63,099 nt of DNA, filler included, from a bacterium (GCA_030615855.1; 6 parts of 6 records of this genome joined end to end with filler, not necessarily neighbours in it); one strand, 5' to 3'; shown: positions 30,671 through 41,116, counted from the first letter of the whole stretch. Notes: a model not told the origin generated them from the sequence alone. Translations and numbers: made by a program.

Positions 30671-31636
30671 ATGGTGAAATATATCTTTGGACCAGTCCCA
30701 TCGAGGAGATTGGGGATCTCTTTGGGAGTGGACCTCGTTCCTTTTAAGACCTGTACCTTCAACTGCATCTACTGTCAATTAGGAAGAACCACCAACCAAA
30801 CCCTAAAGAGGAAGGAATACATCAAGGCTCAAGAGGTCTTAAAAGAATTAAAAGAGAAACTGGCGAACTGGCGGGCACCCCGGCAGATGTCGGGGTCGGG
30901 CAAACTGATAAAACAGAAAATTAATTATATCACCCTCTCTGGCTCGGGAGAACCGACCCTTAATTCAAAGATTAGTAAAATAATCTCTGGGACAAAGAAG
31001 ATGACCTCCATCCCGGTTGCCGTATTGACCAATGGCTCCTTACTATATAGAAAAGAGGTGAGGGATAGCCTGAAGAAAGCAGACTTAGTCATCCCCTCTC
31101 TCGACGGGGGAAGCACCAAGATTTTTAAGAAGATAAATCGACCTGTCGAATCCTTGGGAATCGAAAGGATAGTTAAGGGGCTTATGGCTTTTAGAAAAGA
31201 GTACTGGGGAAAGATCTGGCTTGAGGTTATGCTGGTAAAGGGGGTAAATGATAAGAAGGAAGCGATTGAGAAGTTAAAGAGGGCGATCGCTAAGATCAAG
31301 CCAGACAGGGTGCAACTCAATACCGTTGCTCGTCCACCCTGCGAAAAGTTCGCTAAGGCCTTAAGTAAAGGAGAACTGGAAAAAATAAAGAATCTCCTTG
31401 GTCCTCCGACAGAGGTAATCATCGATTTTGAAAGAAGAGCCTTGCCCGAAAAGATGAAGGATCTAAAGAAAGGAATAATGACCATGCTTAAGAGGAGGCC
31501 GGCTACGGTGAAGGATTTAGTAGATGGTCTCGGTGTCCATAGAAACGAAGTTCTCAAGTATCTTGCTTTTCTAGAGAAAGAGAAAAAGATAAAATCGCTT
31601 AGTTATAAAGGTAAGAGGTATTACCAAGCAGAATGA
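30671..31636 (+). CDS. radical SAM protein (GPVPSRRLG family) with C-terminal winged helix
   Basis: [38 protein letters not shown]. Confidence 0.85.
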   Translation: MVKYIFGPVPSRRLGISLGVDLVPFKTCTFNCIYCQLGRTTNQTLKRKEYIKAQEVLKELKEKLANWRAPRQMSGSGKLIKQKINYITLSGSGEPTLNSKISKIISGTKKMTSIPVAVLTNGSLLYRKEVRDSLKKADLVIPSLDGGSTKIFKKINRPVESLGIERIVKGLMAFRKEYWGKIWLEVMLVKGVNDKKEAIEKLKRAIAKIKPDRVQLNTVARPPCEKFAKALSKGELEKIKNLLGPPTEVIIDFERRALPEKMKDLKKGIMTMLKRRPATVKDLVDGLGVHRNEVLKYLAFLEKEKKIKSLSYKGKRYYQAE

Positions 31637-32751
31637 AGGCTTCCCTCTCTCTATTGGTCGCCTTTGGTGCTGGGATAGCTTCCTTTTTCTCCCCCTGCGT
31701 ATTGCCCCTCATTCCTGCCTACCTTGCCTTTATAACTGGTCTTTCTATTGATGACTTAAAGGATTCTCAAGAAAAGATTAGAAATCTAAAGAAGATCCTT
31801 TATGAGACCATCCTCTTCATTTTAGGTTTTTCTTTTGTCTTCGTTATCTTAGGGGCCTCTATCACCTACCTGGGAGGTTTTATCTCTTCTTACCAAAGAA
31901 TCTTACAAAGAGTGGGGGGAGGATTAATCATCCTCTTTGGTCTCTATCTCACTGGTCTATTGAAGATTAAGCCTCTTCAATACGAGAAGAGGATTCATTT
32001 AAAAGCGAAGCCGACCAATCTCTTTGGTTCTTTTCTGATCGGCTCTGTCTTCGCCCTTGGCTGGAGCCCCTGCGTAGGACCGATACTTGCCTCTATTCTG
32101 GCCTATGCTGCTACCCAGGAGACCCTATCTCAAGGGATTCTTCTCTTGGGTCTCTATTCCCTGGGCTTGGGGGTTCCCTTTCTACTAACCGCCTTGGCCA
32201 TTAATACCTTTTTAAATTTCTTTCAGAGGATAAGAAGATACCTCAGAGGAATATCGATAGCAAGTGGATTATTGCTCATTATTGTGGGTCTCTTAATCAT
32301 ATTCCAAGGAGGGATAACCCAAAGGGTTAGTAGTAAATCCCGTCCCTTATGGAGGGGCGAGGGTGAACCCCGTCCCCTTGAAAAGGGGCGGGGTGAACCT
32401 CTTAAACATATCCCAAGGAGGGTCGGTATGGAGATAATATTAACTGAAGATAACTTTCAGAAAGAGGTCTTAGAATCTGATGTTCCGGTCTTGGTCGACT
32501 TCTGGGCCGAGTGGTGCGCCCCCTGTCTCATGATTGCTCCTACAATAGAGGAGATCGCTCAAGAGTACTCTGGAAGGTTGAAGGTAGGCAAGTTAAACGT
32601 GGATGAAAATCAGAACCTGGCGGCAAGATACGGCATTAGGGGCATCCCCACCCTTCTCATCTTCAAAAAGGGCAAAGTCATAGAACAGATCGTAGGGGCC
32701 TTGCCCAAAGAGGCTCTGAGGTCCAAGATAGATATGGCCTTAGTAAAATAG
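31633..32751 (+). CDS. ccdA: CcdA/DsbD-like membrane protein, in frame with a thioredoxin
   Basis: [11 protein letters not shown] and [10 protein letters not shown]; no stop before the thioredoxin domain. Confidence 0.8.
   Translation: MKASLSLLVAFGAGIASFFSPCVLPLIPAYLAFITGLSIDDLKDSQEKIRNLKKILYETILFILGFSFVFVILGASITYLGGFISSYQRILQRVGGGLIILFGLYLTGLLKIKPLQYEKRIHLKAKPTNLFGSFLIGSVFALGWSPCVGPILASILAYAATQETLSQGILLLGLYSLGLGVPFLLTALAINTFLNFFQRIRRYLRGISIASGLLLIIVGLLIIFQGGITQRVSSKSRPLWRGEGEPRPLEKGRGEPLKHIPRRVGMEIILTEDNFQKEVLESDVPVLVDFWAEWCAPCLMIAPTIEEIAQEYSGRLKVGKLNVDENQNLAARYGIRGIPTLLIFKKGKVIEQIVGALPKEALRSKIDMALVK
32339..32397. repeat. two tandem REP-like hairpins
   Basis: CCCGTCCC-N-GGGGCG(A)GGGTGAA twice; related units at 29356-29383 and 49032-49090. 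Confidence 0.7.
32428..32751 (+). CDS. trxA: thioredoxin (probable own start)
   Basis: AAGGAGG RBS then ATG 32428; [15 protein letters not shown]. Confidence 0.8.
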   Translation: MEIILTEDNFQKEVLESDVPVLVDFWAEWCAPCLMIAPTIEEIAQEYSGRLKVGKLNVDENQNLAARYGIRGIPTLLIFKKGKVIEQIVGALPKEALRSKIDMALVK

Positions 32752-32762
32752 GAAGGGGAAAG

Positions 32763-33707
32763 ATGAAAGATTATGATATCATTATTATCGGTGGAGGGCC
32801 GGCAGGCTTAACGGCTGGGATCTATGCTTCCCGAGCCAGAATGAGAACCCTATTGATTGAAAGACTGGCCCCTGGTGGACAGGCCGCCCTTACCGAGATA
32901 ATTGAAAACTATCCTGGCTTCCCGGAAGGGATCTTAGGTCCTAAGTTGATGGAGAAGATGAGGGAACAGGCTATTAAAACTGGCCTGGGGATTATTTCTG
33001 GAGAAGTAACAGAAATTGAAGTAAAAAAGGGGATAGTAAAAACTAAAGATAGAGAACATAAAGCATTAGCCATAATTATAGCCAGTGGCGCTCATCCTCA
33101 GAAACTTGGGGTTCTAGGAGAAGACCTGTTACTGGGCAAGGGGGTCTCTTACTGTGCCACTTGTGACGGCCCACTATTTAAGGGGCAAGATATTGTGGTT
33201 GTTGGAGGAGGAGACAGCGCAGTGGAAGAAGCCCTATTCTTAACAAAATTCGCCAAAAAAGTCATTCTTATTCATCGTCGGGATAGATTGCGAGCCGCTA
33301 AGATATTACAGGGAAGGGCTCTGGCTAATGAAAGAATAGAATTTATCTTGGACTCAGTAATAACAGAGATCCTAGGAAAAAAAGGAGTAAATAGGGTTAA
33401 GGTAAAGAATAAGAAGACGAAAGAAGAAAAGGAAATTCCTTGCCAAGGAGTCTTTATCTCAATAGGTATTATTCCCGCCACCGAGTTCTTAAAAGGTCTT
33501 ATCAATATGGATGAAAAGGGGTATCTCTTAACCGATGAAGATATGAAGACCTCAGTAGCGGGGATCTATGCTTGTGGGGATTGCAGAAAGAAGCTATTGC
33601 GCCAGATAATTACTGCCTGTGGCGAAGGGGCTTTAGCTGCCTTTGCTGCTACAAAATATGTGGAAGAGTTAAAGGGAATGGCCTATCCAGGAAATAGTGA
33701 TCGGTGA
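32763..33707 (+). CDS. trxB: thioredoxin reductase
   Basis: GGGPAG, GVSYCATCDG, VGGGDSA, HRRD. Confidence 0.95.
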   Translation: MKDYDIIIIGGGPAGLTAGIYASRARMRTLLIERLAPGGQAALTEIIENYPGFPEGILGPKLMEKMREQAIKTGLGIISGEVTEIEVKKGIVKTKDREHKALAIIIASGAHPQKLGVLGEDLLLGKGVSYCATCDGPLFKGQDIVVVGGGDSAVEEALFLTKFAKKVILIHRRDRLRAAKILQGRALANERIEFILDSVITEILGKKGVNRVKVKNKKTKEEKEIPCQGVFISIGIIPATEFLKGLINMDEKGYLLTDEDMKTSVAGIYACGDCRKKLLRQIITACGEGALAAFAATKYVEELKGMAYPGNSDR

Positions 33708-33755
33708 TCAGGAGAAAGTGGGAAAGTGAGCAGGTGAGAAAGTGAGAATACTGAA

Positions 33756-34274
33756 ATGAAATTAAAGAGAGGGCTGGTTCAAGTCTATACTGGTAATGGA
33801 AAGGGAAAGACCACTGCTGCCTGGGGACAGGCAATAAGGGCCTCTGGCCAGGGATTAAGAGTAGGCATCATTCAATTCTTCAAAGGAAAAGGCTCGGGCG
33901 AAGCGAAAATGGCAAGGAAGTTGAAGCTAGATGTCTATTCTTTCTGTCCTGTCCATCCTTTCTTCGGTGGAAAAAGAGAGAAGTTAAAAAAGGAATGTGG
34001 GGAAGGTTTAGCCTTTGCTAAAAGATTAGTTATGAGTAAGAAATACGATATGATTATTCTGGATGAGATAAATATCGCCATGCGTGATAGACTTATAGAA
34101 GTAAATGATGTTCTGAGCCTAATAAAAGAGAAGCCGAAGGAAGTAGAGTTAATCCTTACCGGAAGAGGCGCTCCAAAGAAGATAATGGAAGCGGCAGACT
34201 TAGTAACCGAGATGAGAGAGATCAAGCATCCCTATCAGAAAGAAATAAAAGGAAGGAAGGGAATCGAATATTAA
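33756..34274 (+). CDS. cobO: cob(I)yrinic acid a,c-diamide adenosyltransferase
   Basis: YTGNGKGKTTAA, ILDEI, LTGR, ADLVTEM..IKH. Confidence 0.9.
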   Translation: MKLKRGLVQVYTGNGKGKTTAAWGQAIRASGQGLRVGIIQFFKGKGSGEAKMARKLKLDVYSFCPVHPFFGGKREKLKKECGEGLAFAKRLVMSKKYDMIILDEINIAMRDRLIEVNDVLSLIKEKPKEVELILTGRGAPKKIMEAADLVTEMREIKHPYQKEIKGRKGIEY

Positions 34275-34297
34275 TTCTGAATAGATATGTACGATAG

Positions 34298-34430
34298 AGG
34301 TTTACGGTTAACGGTTTACAGTGTACGGTAAAAAAACCGCCTCTCGTCTTCACTCGAGACTGGGCGATCCTGAATGAAATGAAGGACCGTAAACGGTAAA
34401 CAGCCCGAAGGGCGGGTAAACTGTTAACCA
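34298..34430. repeat. inverted 7-mer arrays (GGTTTAC / GTAAACN) enclosing small hairpins
   Basis: ggtttacggttaacggtttacagtgtacgg ... accgtaaacggtaaacag...ggtaaactgttaacc. Confidence 0.75.
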
Positions 34431-34457
34431 ATACCTACCTGAAGGGAGGTAAATGAG

Positions 34458-34754
34458 ATGGCAGTAGTTGAAGTAAGTATTCTACCCTTGGGGACAGGAA
34501 CCCCGAGCATGAGCAGGTATGTAGCCGATGTTCTGAAAGTTCTGAAAGAAAGTAATCTGAAGCACGAACTGACCGCCATGGGGACCATCATCGAAGGAGA
34601 CTTGGATGAGGTCTTGAAGTGGGTTAGAAAGATGCACGAGGTCCCTTTCAGAGAAGGAGCAAAGAGAGTAGTCACCACCATTGAGATCGATGATAGAAGA
34701 GACAAAGAGTTGACCATCGAAGGGAAGGTAAAGGCGGTGGAAAGTAAGAAGTAA
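34458..34754 (+). CDS. MTH1187/YkoF-like thiamine-binding protein
   Basis: VSILPLGT..SMSRYVA...LTAMGTIIEG...RVVTTIEIDDRRDK. Confidence 0.85.
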   Translation: MAVVEVSILPLGTGTPSMSRYVADVLKVLKESNLKHELTAMGTIIEGDLDEVLKWVRKMHEVPFREGAKRVVTTIEIDDRRDKELTIEGKVKAVESKK

Positions 34755-34774
34755 TTTCCGCCCTATAAATATGG

Positions 34775-34800
34775 AAAGCCCCCATATTGGGGGCTTTTTT
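34775..34800 (+). terminator. intrinsic terminator (possibly bidirectional)
   Basis: AAAGCCCCCA-tat-TGGGGGCTTTTTT between convergent genes. Confidence 0.8.
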
Positions 34801-34890
34801 ATTAGGGAAACGGCTAAAAATGTTAAAGTTGAAGCCAAAAATGGCTAAAAGAGAGTCATTTTTGAGGTTTTTAGGCTTGTTTTTGTGGTT

Positions 34891-35679
34891 TTATGGGCTC
34901 TTTTTGATGATTTTGGCTAAGATTTCTCCCATTTCTCTATGAATTTTTCCATTTGAGGCCAAGATCTCTTTTTCATAGATATCGAGTTTATCTCCTTTGA
35001 AGTCTGTTACTCTTCCACCAGCCTCGGACACTATGAGGCTTCCTGCTGCCACATCCCAGGGGGCAAGTCTCTCCTCCCAGAAGCCATCGAAGCGACCATT
35101 GGCGGTATAACAAAGGTTTAAGGCCGCTGCCCCATCCCTCCTCACCCCTTGAGAGTTTACCATGAATTCTCTATAAATCCTGAGATATTCGTCTGCCCTC
35201 TCCCTTCTATCGTAGGGAAAGCCAGTGGCTAAAAGGCTCTTATCTAATTTATTTATCTTAGAGACAGAGATTCTCCTTCCGTTTAAAGTGGCTCCCTTCC
35301 CCTTCTCTGCCAAGAATAGTTCATCGGGAACTGGATCATAGACCACTCCTTTTATGACCTCACCGTTTTTCTCCAAAGCGATAGAGACACAGTATCTGGG
35401 ATAGCCGTGGACATAGTTCGTCGTCCCATCCAAGGGGTCAATAATCCATTTATATTGACTGCCCTTCTCTTTTATTCTTCTTTCCTCAGTCAGGATGTCA
35501 TGAGAAGGATATCTTTCCTTAATGAGACTAATAATTCTCTCCTCTGCCTTCCTATCGATATCTGTAACCAGACTTACCCTACCCTTGTAATCAATCCTCT
35601 TTATCTTACCCAGGTTTTCTCTTAATATATCCCCGGCCTCTTTTGCTGCCTTAACAGCAAGCTCCCTAAAATCTTTCAT
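34891..35679 (-). CDS. suhB: inositol monophosphatase
   Basis: WIIDPLDGTTNY, TGFPY, PWDVAAG. Confidence 0.9.
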   Translation of the reverse strand: MKDFRELAVKAAKEAGDILRENLGKIKRIDYKGRVSLVTDIDRKAEERIISLIKERYPSHDILTEERRIKEKGSQYKWIIDPLDGTTNYVHGYPRYCVSIALEKNGEVIKGVVYDPVPDELFLAEKGKGATLNGRRISVSKINKLDKSLLATGFPYDRRERADEYLRIYREFMVNSQGVRRDGAAALNLCYTANGRFDGFWEERLAPWDVAAGSLIVSEAGGRVTDFKGDKLDIYEKEILASNGKIHREMGEILAKIIKKSP

Positions 35680-35737
35680 ATCTCTTCCCTTTTGTTTCTC
35701 GTCATACATTGAAAGATTACTTAATCATACGGGAATA

Positions 35738-35845
35738 AGGGTGAGTTGTGGGTTGTGAGTCGGGTTGTGGGGGTGAGGGTGTGGGATATATCCCCATCCA
35801 CACAACTCATCCCCGACCCACTACTCACTACCCATCCGCACCCCT
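35738..35845. repeat. G-rich/C-rich inverted 6-mer arrays
   Basis: (GGGTTG/GAGTTG/GGGGTG)n - GGGATATATCCC centre at 35783-35794 - (CATCCC/CACCCC)n. Confidence 0.75.
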
Positions 35846-35893
35846 ATAACCGCAACCGATTGACGTTCAACGTAATCTATTACACTACTACCT

Positions 35894-36973
35894 TCAGGTT
35901 ACACTTAGGCTTAAGTTGGCTACCGCGTTTAAGGAGAGGTCTGATTCAATCCCTTCCTTTAGCTTATAATAACCACAGCAAGCGATCATAGCCGCATTAT
36001 CTGTGCACAATTCCTCTCTCGGATAATAGAGTCCTAAGCCTTTTGCCTTTGCCTCTTCTCCTAACCTCTTTCTCAAACGACTATTTGAGGCTACCCCCCC
36101 AGCCAAAACAATTCTTTTTACCCCCTTTATCTTCGCTGCCCTCAGGGTATTTTTGATAAGCATATCAACCACCGCTTCCTGGAAGCTAGCCACTAGATCG
36201 GGTAACGAGTGACGAGTGATAGAAGATAATTTTTCCCTGTAACTCGTGATCCGTGACCCGTGACCCGTGACATAATTTACTACTGCAGTCTTTATTCCGC
36301 TGAAGGAGAAGTCAAGGGTCTCTTTAGTCTTGAAGTATGACCTGGGAAAAGGGATTGCTTTGGGATCCCCATTCTTTGATAATTTATCTATAATGGGTCC
36401 ACCAGGATAGCCCAACTTTAAAAACTTTGCTATTTTATCAAAGGCTTCTCCTGGGGCATCATCCCGCGTTCGTCCCAATACCTCATACCCGCCATGATTC
36501 TTGACATAGACTAAGTCTGAATGGCCACCAGAGACGATTAATACTAAGAAGGGAAATTTTAAGGCCTCCGGCCCAGAGGGGCCTCTGCCCCGGAGGGAAG
36601 GATGTTCCAGGTAGTTGGCATAGATATGGCCCTCTAAGTGATTGATACCTACAAAAGGAAGGTTATTGGAATAGGCGATGGCCTTTGCAGTAGAGAGGCC
36701 GACTAAAAGAGCGCCCACCAGGCCAGGGCCGTAGGTGACCGCTATCCCATCCAGATCAGAGAAACCAATCTTTGCTCTTGATAGCGCCTCAGATATGACA
36801 GGATTTATTAATTCCAGGTGTTTCCGGGAAGCGATCTCTGGCACTACCCCCCAGAACTTCCTATGGATAGCAACCTGGGAGGCCACAACATTCGATAGAA
36901 TCTTCTTGCCATCCTTTACTACCGCTGCTGCCGTCTCATCACAGGAGGTCTCAATCCCTAGAATAAGCGTCAT
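35894..36973 (-). CDS. tsaD: tRNA N6-adenosine threonylcarbamoyltransferase TsaD (two in-frame insertions)
   Basis: [43 protein letters not shown]. Confidence 0.95.
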   Translation of the reverse strand: MTLILGIETSCDETAAAVVKDGKKILSNVVASQVAIHRKFWGVVPEIASRKHLELINPVISEALSRAKIGFSDLDGIAVTYGPGLVGALLVGLSTAKAIAYSNNLPFVGINHLEGHIYANYLEHPSLRGRGPSGPEALKFPFLVLIVSGGHSDLVYVKNHGGYEVLGRTRDDAPGEAFDKIAKFLKLGYPGGPIIDKLSKNGDPKAIPFPRSYFKTKETLDFSFSGIKTAVVNYVTGHGSRITSYREKLSSITRHSLPDLVASFQEAVVDMLIKNTLRAAKIKGVKRIVLAGGVASNSRLRKRLGEEAKAKGLGLYYPREELCTDNAAMIACCGYYKLKEGIESDLSLNAVANLSLSVT

Positions 36974-38091
36974 TCTACCAATTCTGAAACTAAAACAAAT
37001 TCTATTCCTTGATTCTCCAGTTCTGGGATGGTCTCTTTAATTGCCTGAACAGTGAGAGAATGGGCATGGCCGATGCCTATCGCCTCTCCCTCATTCAGGG
37101 CTATTTTAGCCAGAAGCCGAATCTGCCCCTTAATGTAATCGAGATCGATCTCATTGTCTAAGAAAACATTTCTCTCCCCACACTTAAGGCCCAGTCTTTT
37201 GGCTTCTCTGTAGGCAACAGATTCGTCAGAGGTCTTACTATCTATAAAGAAGAGGTTTCTTTTCTTTAACTCTTTCAATATTAGATTCATCATCTCCTTA
37301 TCCTCTGTTAAGCGGGAACCCGTATGGTTATTCACTCCCTGAACATAGGGGATACCAGAAAGATCACGGGCAATTATCTTTGCTATCTCCCTTCGGGGAG
37401 TACTCATGAGAATGGCACCCTTTCCCGGGTCCTTATCTCGTGCCGGATATCCCTTAGGCTCCATGGGAAGATGGAGCATGACTAAAAAGCCTTTCTTCTT
37501 CGCTTTGCTCGCTATATCTTTGGAATGGGGTAGAAAGGGGAGGATGGAGAAGTTTAAGGGACGATCTATAGCTAAGAGTTCCTTCGTTGCCCTTCCTCCC
37601 ATCCCCAGATCATCGATAATGATAGCCACCCTTGCTTTCGGTTGCTCTAAGATGAGCCTCTGAATGGGAATCTTTCTTATCCCGATTTTCATGCTCAGGA
37701 TCTTCTTCCCTTTAATCTCTCCCTTCTTGACCTTGACTATCCTTCCTCCTTTTCTCTTCACTATCTGGGTAACGGCCTTCTCATACTTCTCTAAAGGCTC
37801 CTTGGGAGATACCCTCACCCTCTTTGTAGTATGGGTCCACTCTATCTTTCCCTTCTTCTCTTTTTTACTGTACTTCTCAATAATATCCTTACGGCCTACT
37901 CCCAGTTCAGCAAGTCCCTTATCGATGGCAGAATCTATCTCCTTTGCCTTTGCCTCATAATCTATCCTCTTCAACCAGTCAAAGAGAGTTACCCTTCCCA
38001 TCTGCTGATAATCAACCCAGAAGCAGGCAAAGAGAAGTCCCAGAATAGCGATTACCATTGTTATCTTTAAAAATCTATACTTGTCAGTCAA
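36970..38091 (-). CDS. divergent polysaccharide deacetylase family protein
   Basis: [31 protein letters not shown]. Confidence 0.9.
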   Translation of the reverse strand: MTDKYRFLKITMVIAILGLLFACFWVDYQQMGRVTLFDWLKRIDYEAKAKEIDSAIDKGLAELGVGRKDIIEKYSKKEKKGKIEWTHTTKRVRVSPKEPLEKYEKAVTQIVKRKGGRIVKVKKGEIKGKKILSMKIGIRKIPIQRLILEQPKARVAIIIDDLGMGGRATKELLAIDRPLNFSILPFLPHSKDIASKAKKKGFLVMLHLPMEPKGYPARDKDPGKGAILMSTPRREIAKIIARDLSGIPYVQGVNNHTGSRLTEDKEMMNLILKELKKRNLFFIDSKTSDESVAYREAKRLGLKCGERNVFLDNEIDLDYIKGQIRLLAKIALNEGEAIGIGHAHSLTVQAIKETIPELENQGIEFVLVSELVE

Positions 38092-38125
38092 CTCTAACCT
38101 CGATTCATATCTATTATTTGGTTAC

Positions 38126-38231
38126 GGTTAAGGTTAGGTTGTTGGTTTAGTTGCTGGGTTAGGTAGTTGGTCTTTTTAAAAACACCTAACTCTTACCTAA
38201 CTACTAAACTCACTACCTTACCCTAACCCAA
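38126..38231. repeat. dispersed hairpin element, copy 1 (copy 2 at 46084-46185)
   Basis: GGTTAAGGTTAGGT...CTTT/AAA...TACCCTAACCCAA; 10 substitutions in about 99 aligned arm positions versus copy 2. Confidence 0.9.
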
Positions 38232-39668
38232 CTACTTTACTGCTTGGGCTAAGGCCTTTTTGGAGAGCTCTTCTTTAATCACTTCTACTGCCTTTTGAAA
38301 CTGAGGATCCTCATCTCGGGTAATCTGATAAGCAACCTTTTCTCCCAAGCCCTGCCTTATTATGGCAATCCTCAACTGCTTCTTAATCTCGGGGAGTCCT
38401 TCTTTCCACTCCTTCTCTTCAAGATCAAACTTCTTCTCTTTTAAGAACGAAGAAAACTCGTCCAGAGCCGCTATTCGAACCCTGAATTCCTTATTCACAT
38501 CAGGATGGGTGAGGAGATACCTCTGGCTGAAACCTCTGAAGTATCCCTTGCTCGCGATCTTGGAGGCTATCTTGGGAAGGGTGGGTAATTCTACTTTGAT
38601 GTCTGGTTCGATCCCCTTCTCATCGATGTTCCTTCCCTTGGGAGTGAGATAATGAGCAGTAGTAAGCCTCAAGCCCGAACCATCCTCTAAGGCCAAGACG
38701 CTCTGAACCGTTCCCTTGCCAAAGGATTTCTCTCCAATAATGGTTCCTCTCTTGTAATCCTGGATGGCACCTGCCACTATCTCAGAGGCAGAAGCACTTC
38801 CCTTATTGATGAGGATGACCAAGGGATAATCGGGATGGGGCGCCTCGCTTGAAAGGTATCTCAGGCTCTGAGAAGAAACCCTCCCTTGGGTAGAAACGAT
38901 TAATTTCTTCTTGGGAAGAAATTTATCGCATATCTCTACCGCCTCATTCAAAAGCCCCCCATGGTTATTGCGTAGATCGAGGATCAGTCCCTCCATCCCC
39001 CCCTTCTCTAACTCTCCTAAGGCCTCTTCCAAATCTTCACTCGCTTGCTTCTTGAACTCCCTGATCCTGATGCAGCCGATCTTCTCTTCTGTTAGAAAAG
39101 AATAGGGAATGCTTTTTACTATAATCACGCCTCGAACGATAGTAAATTCTAAAGGTTCATCAATTCCTTCTCTCTCTATGGTCAGGGTAACCGAGGTCCC
39201 CCTGGGTCCTCGCATCTTCTTTACTGCATCCTGTAAGGTGATATCCTTTGTCGACTCCCCGTCTATCTCCACAATCTTATCCCCGGCCTGAATCCCGGCC
39301 TCATACGCAGGAGTCCCCTCAATAGGGGAGACAATGGTGAGCTGCCCATCCCTTATCCAGATGCTTATCCCCAATCCCTCGAACTTCCCTTCGGTCTCAA
39401 TCTGCATCTCCTTATAGGTCTCAGGGTCCATAAACTGGCTATGAGGATCCAGAGTGGCCATCATTCCTTTCAGGGCCCCATAGATGAGGTCCTTGGTCTT
39501 CACTTCCTTTATGTAATTCTTTTCAATAAGGTAGTAAACCTTGGAGAAGAGGCCAATATACTTATGTCTCTCTTTTCTCCCGTTTACCTTACCAGATATT
39601 CCTCCCCCAACAATGAGGACTAGCACAATCGTCAAAATTAGGATTTTTATTCCATTCTTTCTTTTCAT
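38232..39668 (-). CDS. ctpA: S41 carboxy-terminal processing protease
   Basis: LDPHS, PDZ (GLGI), LDLRNNHGG, SASASEI, FGKGTVQ. Confidence 0.9.
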   Translation of the reverse strand: MKRKNGIKILILTIVLVLIVGGGISGKVNGRKERHKYIGLFSKVYYLIEKNYIKEVKTKDLIYGALKGMMATLDPHSQFMDPETYKEMQIETEGKFEGLGISIWIRDGQLTIVSPIEGTPAYEAGIQAGDKIVEIDGESTKDITLQDAVKKMRGPRGTSVTLTIEREGIDEPLEFTIVRGVIIVKSIPYSFLTEEKIGCIRIREFKKQASEDLEEALGELEKGGMEGLILDLRNNHGGLLNEAVEICDKFLPKKKLIVSTQGRVSSQSLRYLSSEAPHPDYPLVILINKGSASASEIVAGAIQDYKRGTIIGEKSFGKGTVQSVLALEDGSGLRLTTAHYLTPKGRNIDEKGIEPDIKVELPTLPKIASKIASKGYFRGFSQRYLLTHPDVNKEFRVRIAALDEFSSFLKEKKFDLEEKEWKEGLPEIKKQLRIAIIRQGLGEKVAYQITRDEDPQFQKAVEVIKEELSKKALAQAVK

Positions 39669-39775
39669 CTTAATCTCCTCCTTCGTTTTAGTAAAATAGG
39701 TGGATTAGTTGGATTGGTTGGATTATAAATCAACCTAATATACTAATCCAACTAATTTCCTTGTCAACTTATTGA

Positions 39776-41065
39776 CTATTTTCTCAGCCAGTGCAGGGGA
39801 TTTTCGGGTGCACCATCCTTCCTCATCTCGAAGTAGAGATAGGGTCCTTTCTTGGAGGCCGTCTGGCCCACCTTGCCGATCAATTGAACCCCTTCTACTT
39901 CCTGATTCTCTTTAACCAGGATGCTATCCAGATGGGCATAGAGGGTGTAGTAGCCCCCTCCGTGAGCGATCATGACCATCTTTCCATATTCTCTTAACCC
40001 CGGTTTCTGCGACCACTGGGCAAAGACTATTCTTCCCTTTGATACCGCCCACACCTCTTGACCTTTCGGGGCCTTGATGTCAATCCCCTCATGAGGGGTA
40101 TATGTCTTATACTGAGGATGTTGATGCTTCCCATAGCGTTTTGTTATCTGGTGGCTTATGGTCGGCCAGGGAAGGCGGCCCTTCTTCTGCCTGAAGGCCA
40201 AAGAGGCGAGCCTCGCCTGCTCTATAGTCTCCTTCTTCTTGGCTTCCAGATTTCTAATCAAGGCCTCCAGTTCCCTTGAGGCCTTCTTTAGTTTCCTAAC
40301 TCTCTTCTCATAGGCCATCCTCTTTTTCTCTGTCTTGGTTAAAAGCGTTTCCTTCGCCCTCTTATTCTTCTCTATCTCAGTTTTTCTCTTTAAAGCTGCT
40401 TCTTTGTAGATAGTAATCCTTGCCTCTTTTTTCTCCAGAGACTCCTTCTCTTTTTCTCTCGCTTCTTTCCTTTCTTCATCCCCGGCTAACCGGTTAGCGT
40501 CGCAGGAGGCGATAATATTCATAGATTTCTTCTGTAGAATATTTTGGGGAAAGTCATGGGGATAGGAGGGGCTCTTTCCCTTGTAGATAACGATCAATCT
40601 TTCTCCCAGAGTATCCCGACTAGTTTTCAGTTCCGAGGTCGCCTCTTCCAAGTCCTTTTTCTTCTTCTCTAATTGTTTCTTAGTTTTCTTTAGGTTCTCA
40701 CCGTAGATAACGATCTCCTTCTTCTTGACTTCCAAATCCTTCTTGATTTTAGTAAGTCTCTTACGAAGGTTTCTTTCTTGGATCCTCTTCTTCTCTAACT
40801 CCTTCTTCTCGGTGGCAAGTTCCTTCTTTGCTTTCGTCTTCTCCTTCTCCTTCTCTTGAATCTCCTTGTCATACTCTTTAATCTTCTCCTCATAGGTAGC
40901 GAGGGCAGGAGATAAGTTGACAAGTTGACAAGTTGACAAGAAGATAAAACAAAAAATAAGTCTCTTATAACGAGTAGCCCTTGTCCTCCGTTCATTTGGC
41001 AAAGACGAAGAAGGCACAAAAGTTGGTAATTTTGTATTGTTAATTGCTAATTTTTCATTTTGCAT
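39776..41065 (-). CDS. envC: murein hydrolase activator EnvC-like (coiled coil + M23); start uncertain
   Basis: Signal-like segment, long coiled coil, GRLPWP, HEGIDI, YAHL, LYFEMR; lies between ftsX and ctpA. Confidence 0.8.
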   Translation of the reverse strand: MQNEKLAINNTKLPTFVPSSSLPNERRTRATRYKRLIFCFIFLSTCQLVNLSPALATYEEKIKEYDKEIQEKEKEKTKAKKELATEKKELEKKRIQERNLRKRLTKIKKDLEVKKKEIVIYGENLKKTKKQLEKKKKDLEEATSELKTSRDTLGERLIVIYKGKSPSYPHDFPQNILQKKSMNIIASCDANRLAGDEERKEAREKEKESLEKKEARITIYKEAALKRKTEIEKNKRAKETLLTKTEKKRMAYEKRVRKLKKASRELEALIRNLEAKKKETIEQARLASLAFRQKKGRLPWPTISHQITKRYGKHQHPQYKTYTPHEGIDIKAPKGQEVWAVSKGRIVFAQWSQKPGLREYGKMVMIAHGGGYYTLYAHLDSILVKENQEVEGVQLIGKVGQTASKKGPYLYFEMRKDGAPENPLHWLRK

Positions 41066-41116
41066 TGATTTTTCTACTTTTCTACTTTTCGACTTTCCTA
41101 CTATCCTACTTTTTTC

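Noticed and set aside
1611-34865. 13-bp match TCAAAAATGACTC at about 1611 and, reversed, at about 34853
   Set aside because: Matches of this length are expected by chance in 63 kb and this one does not extend
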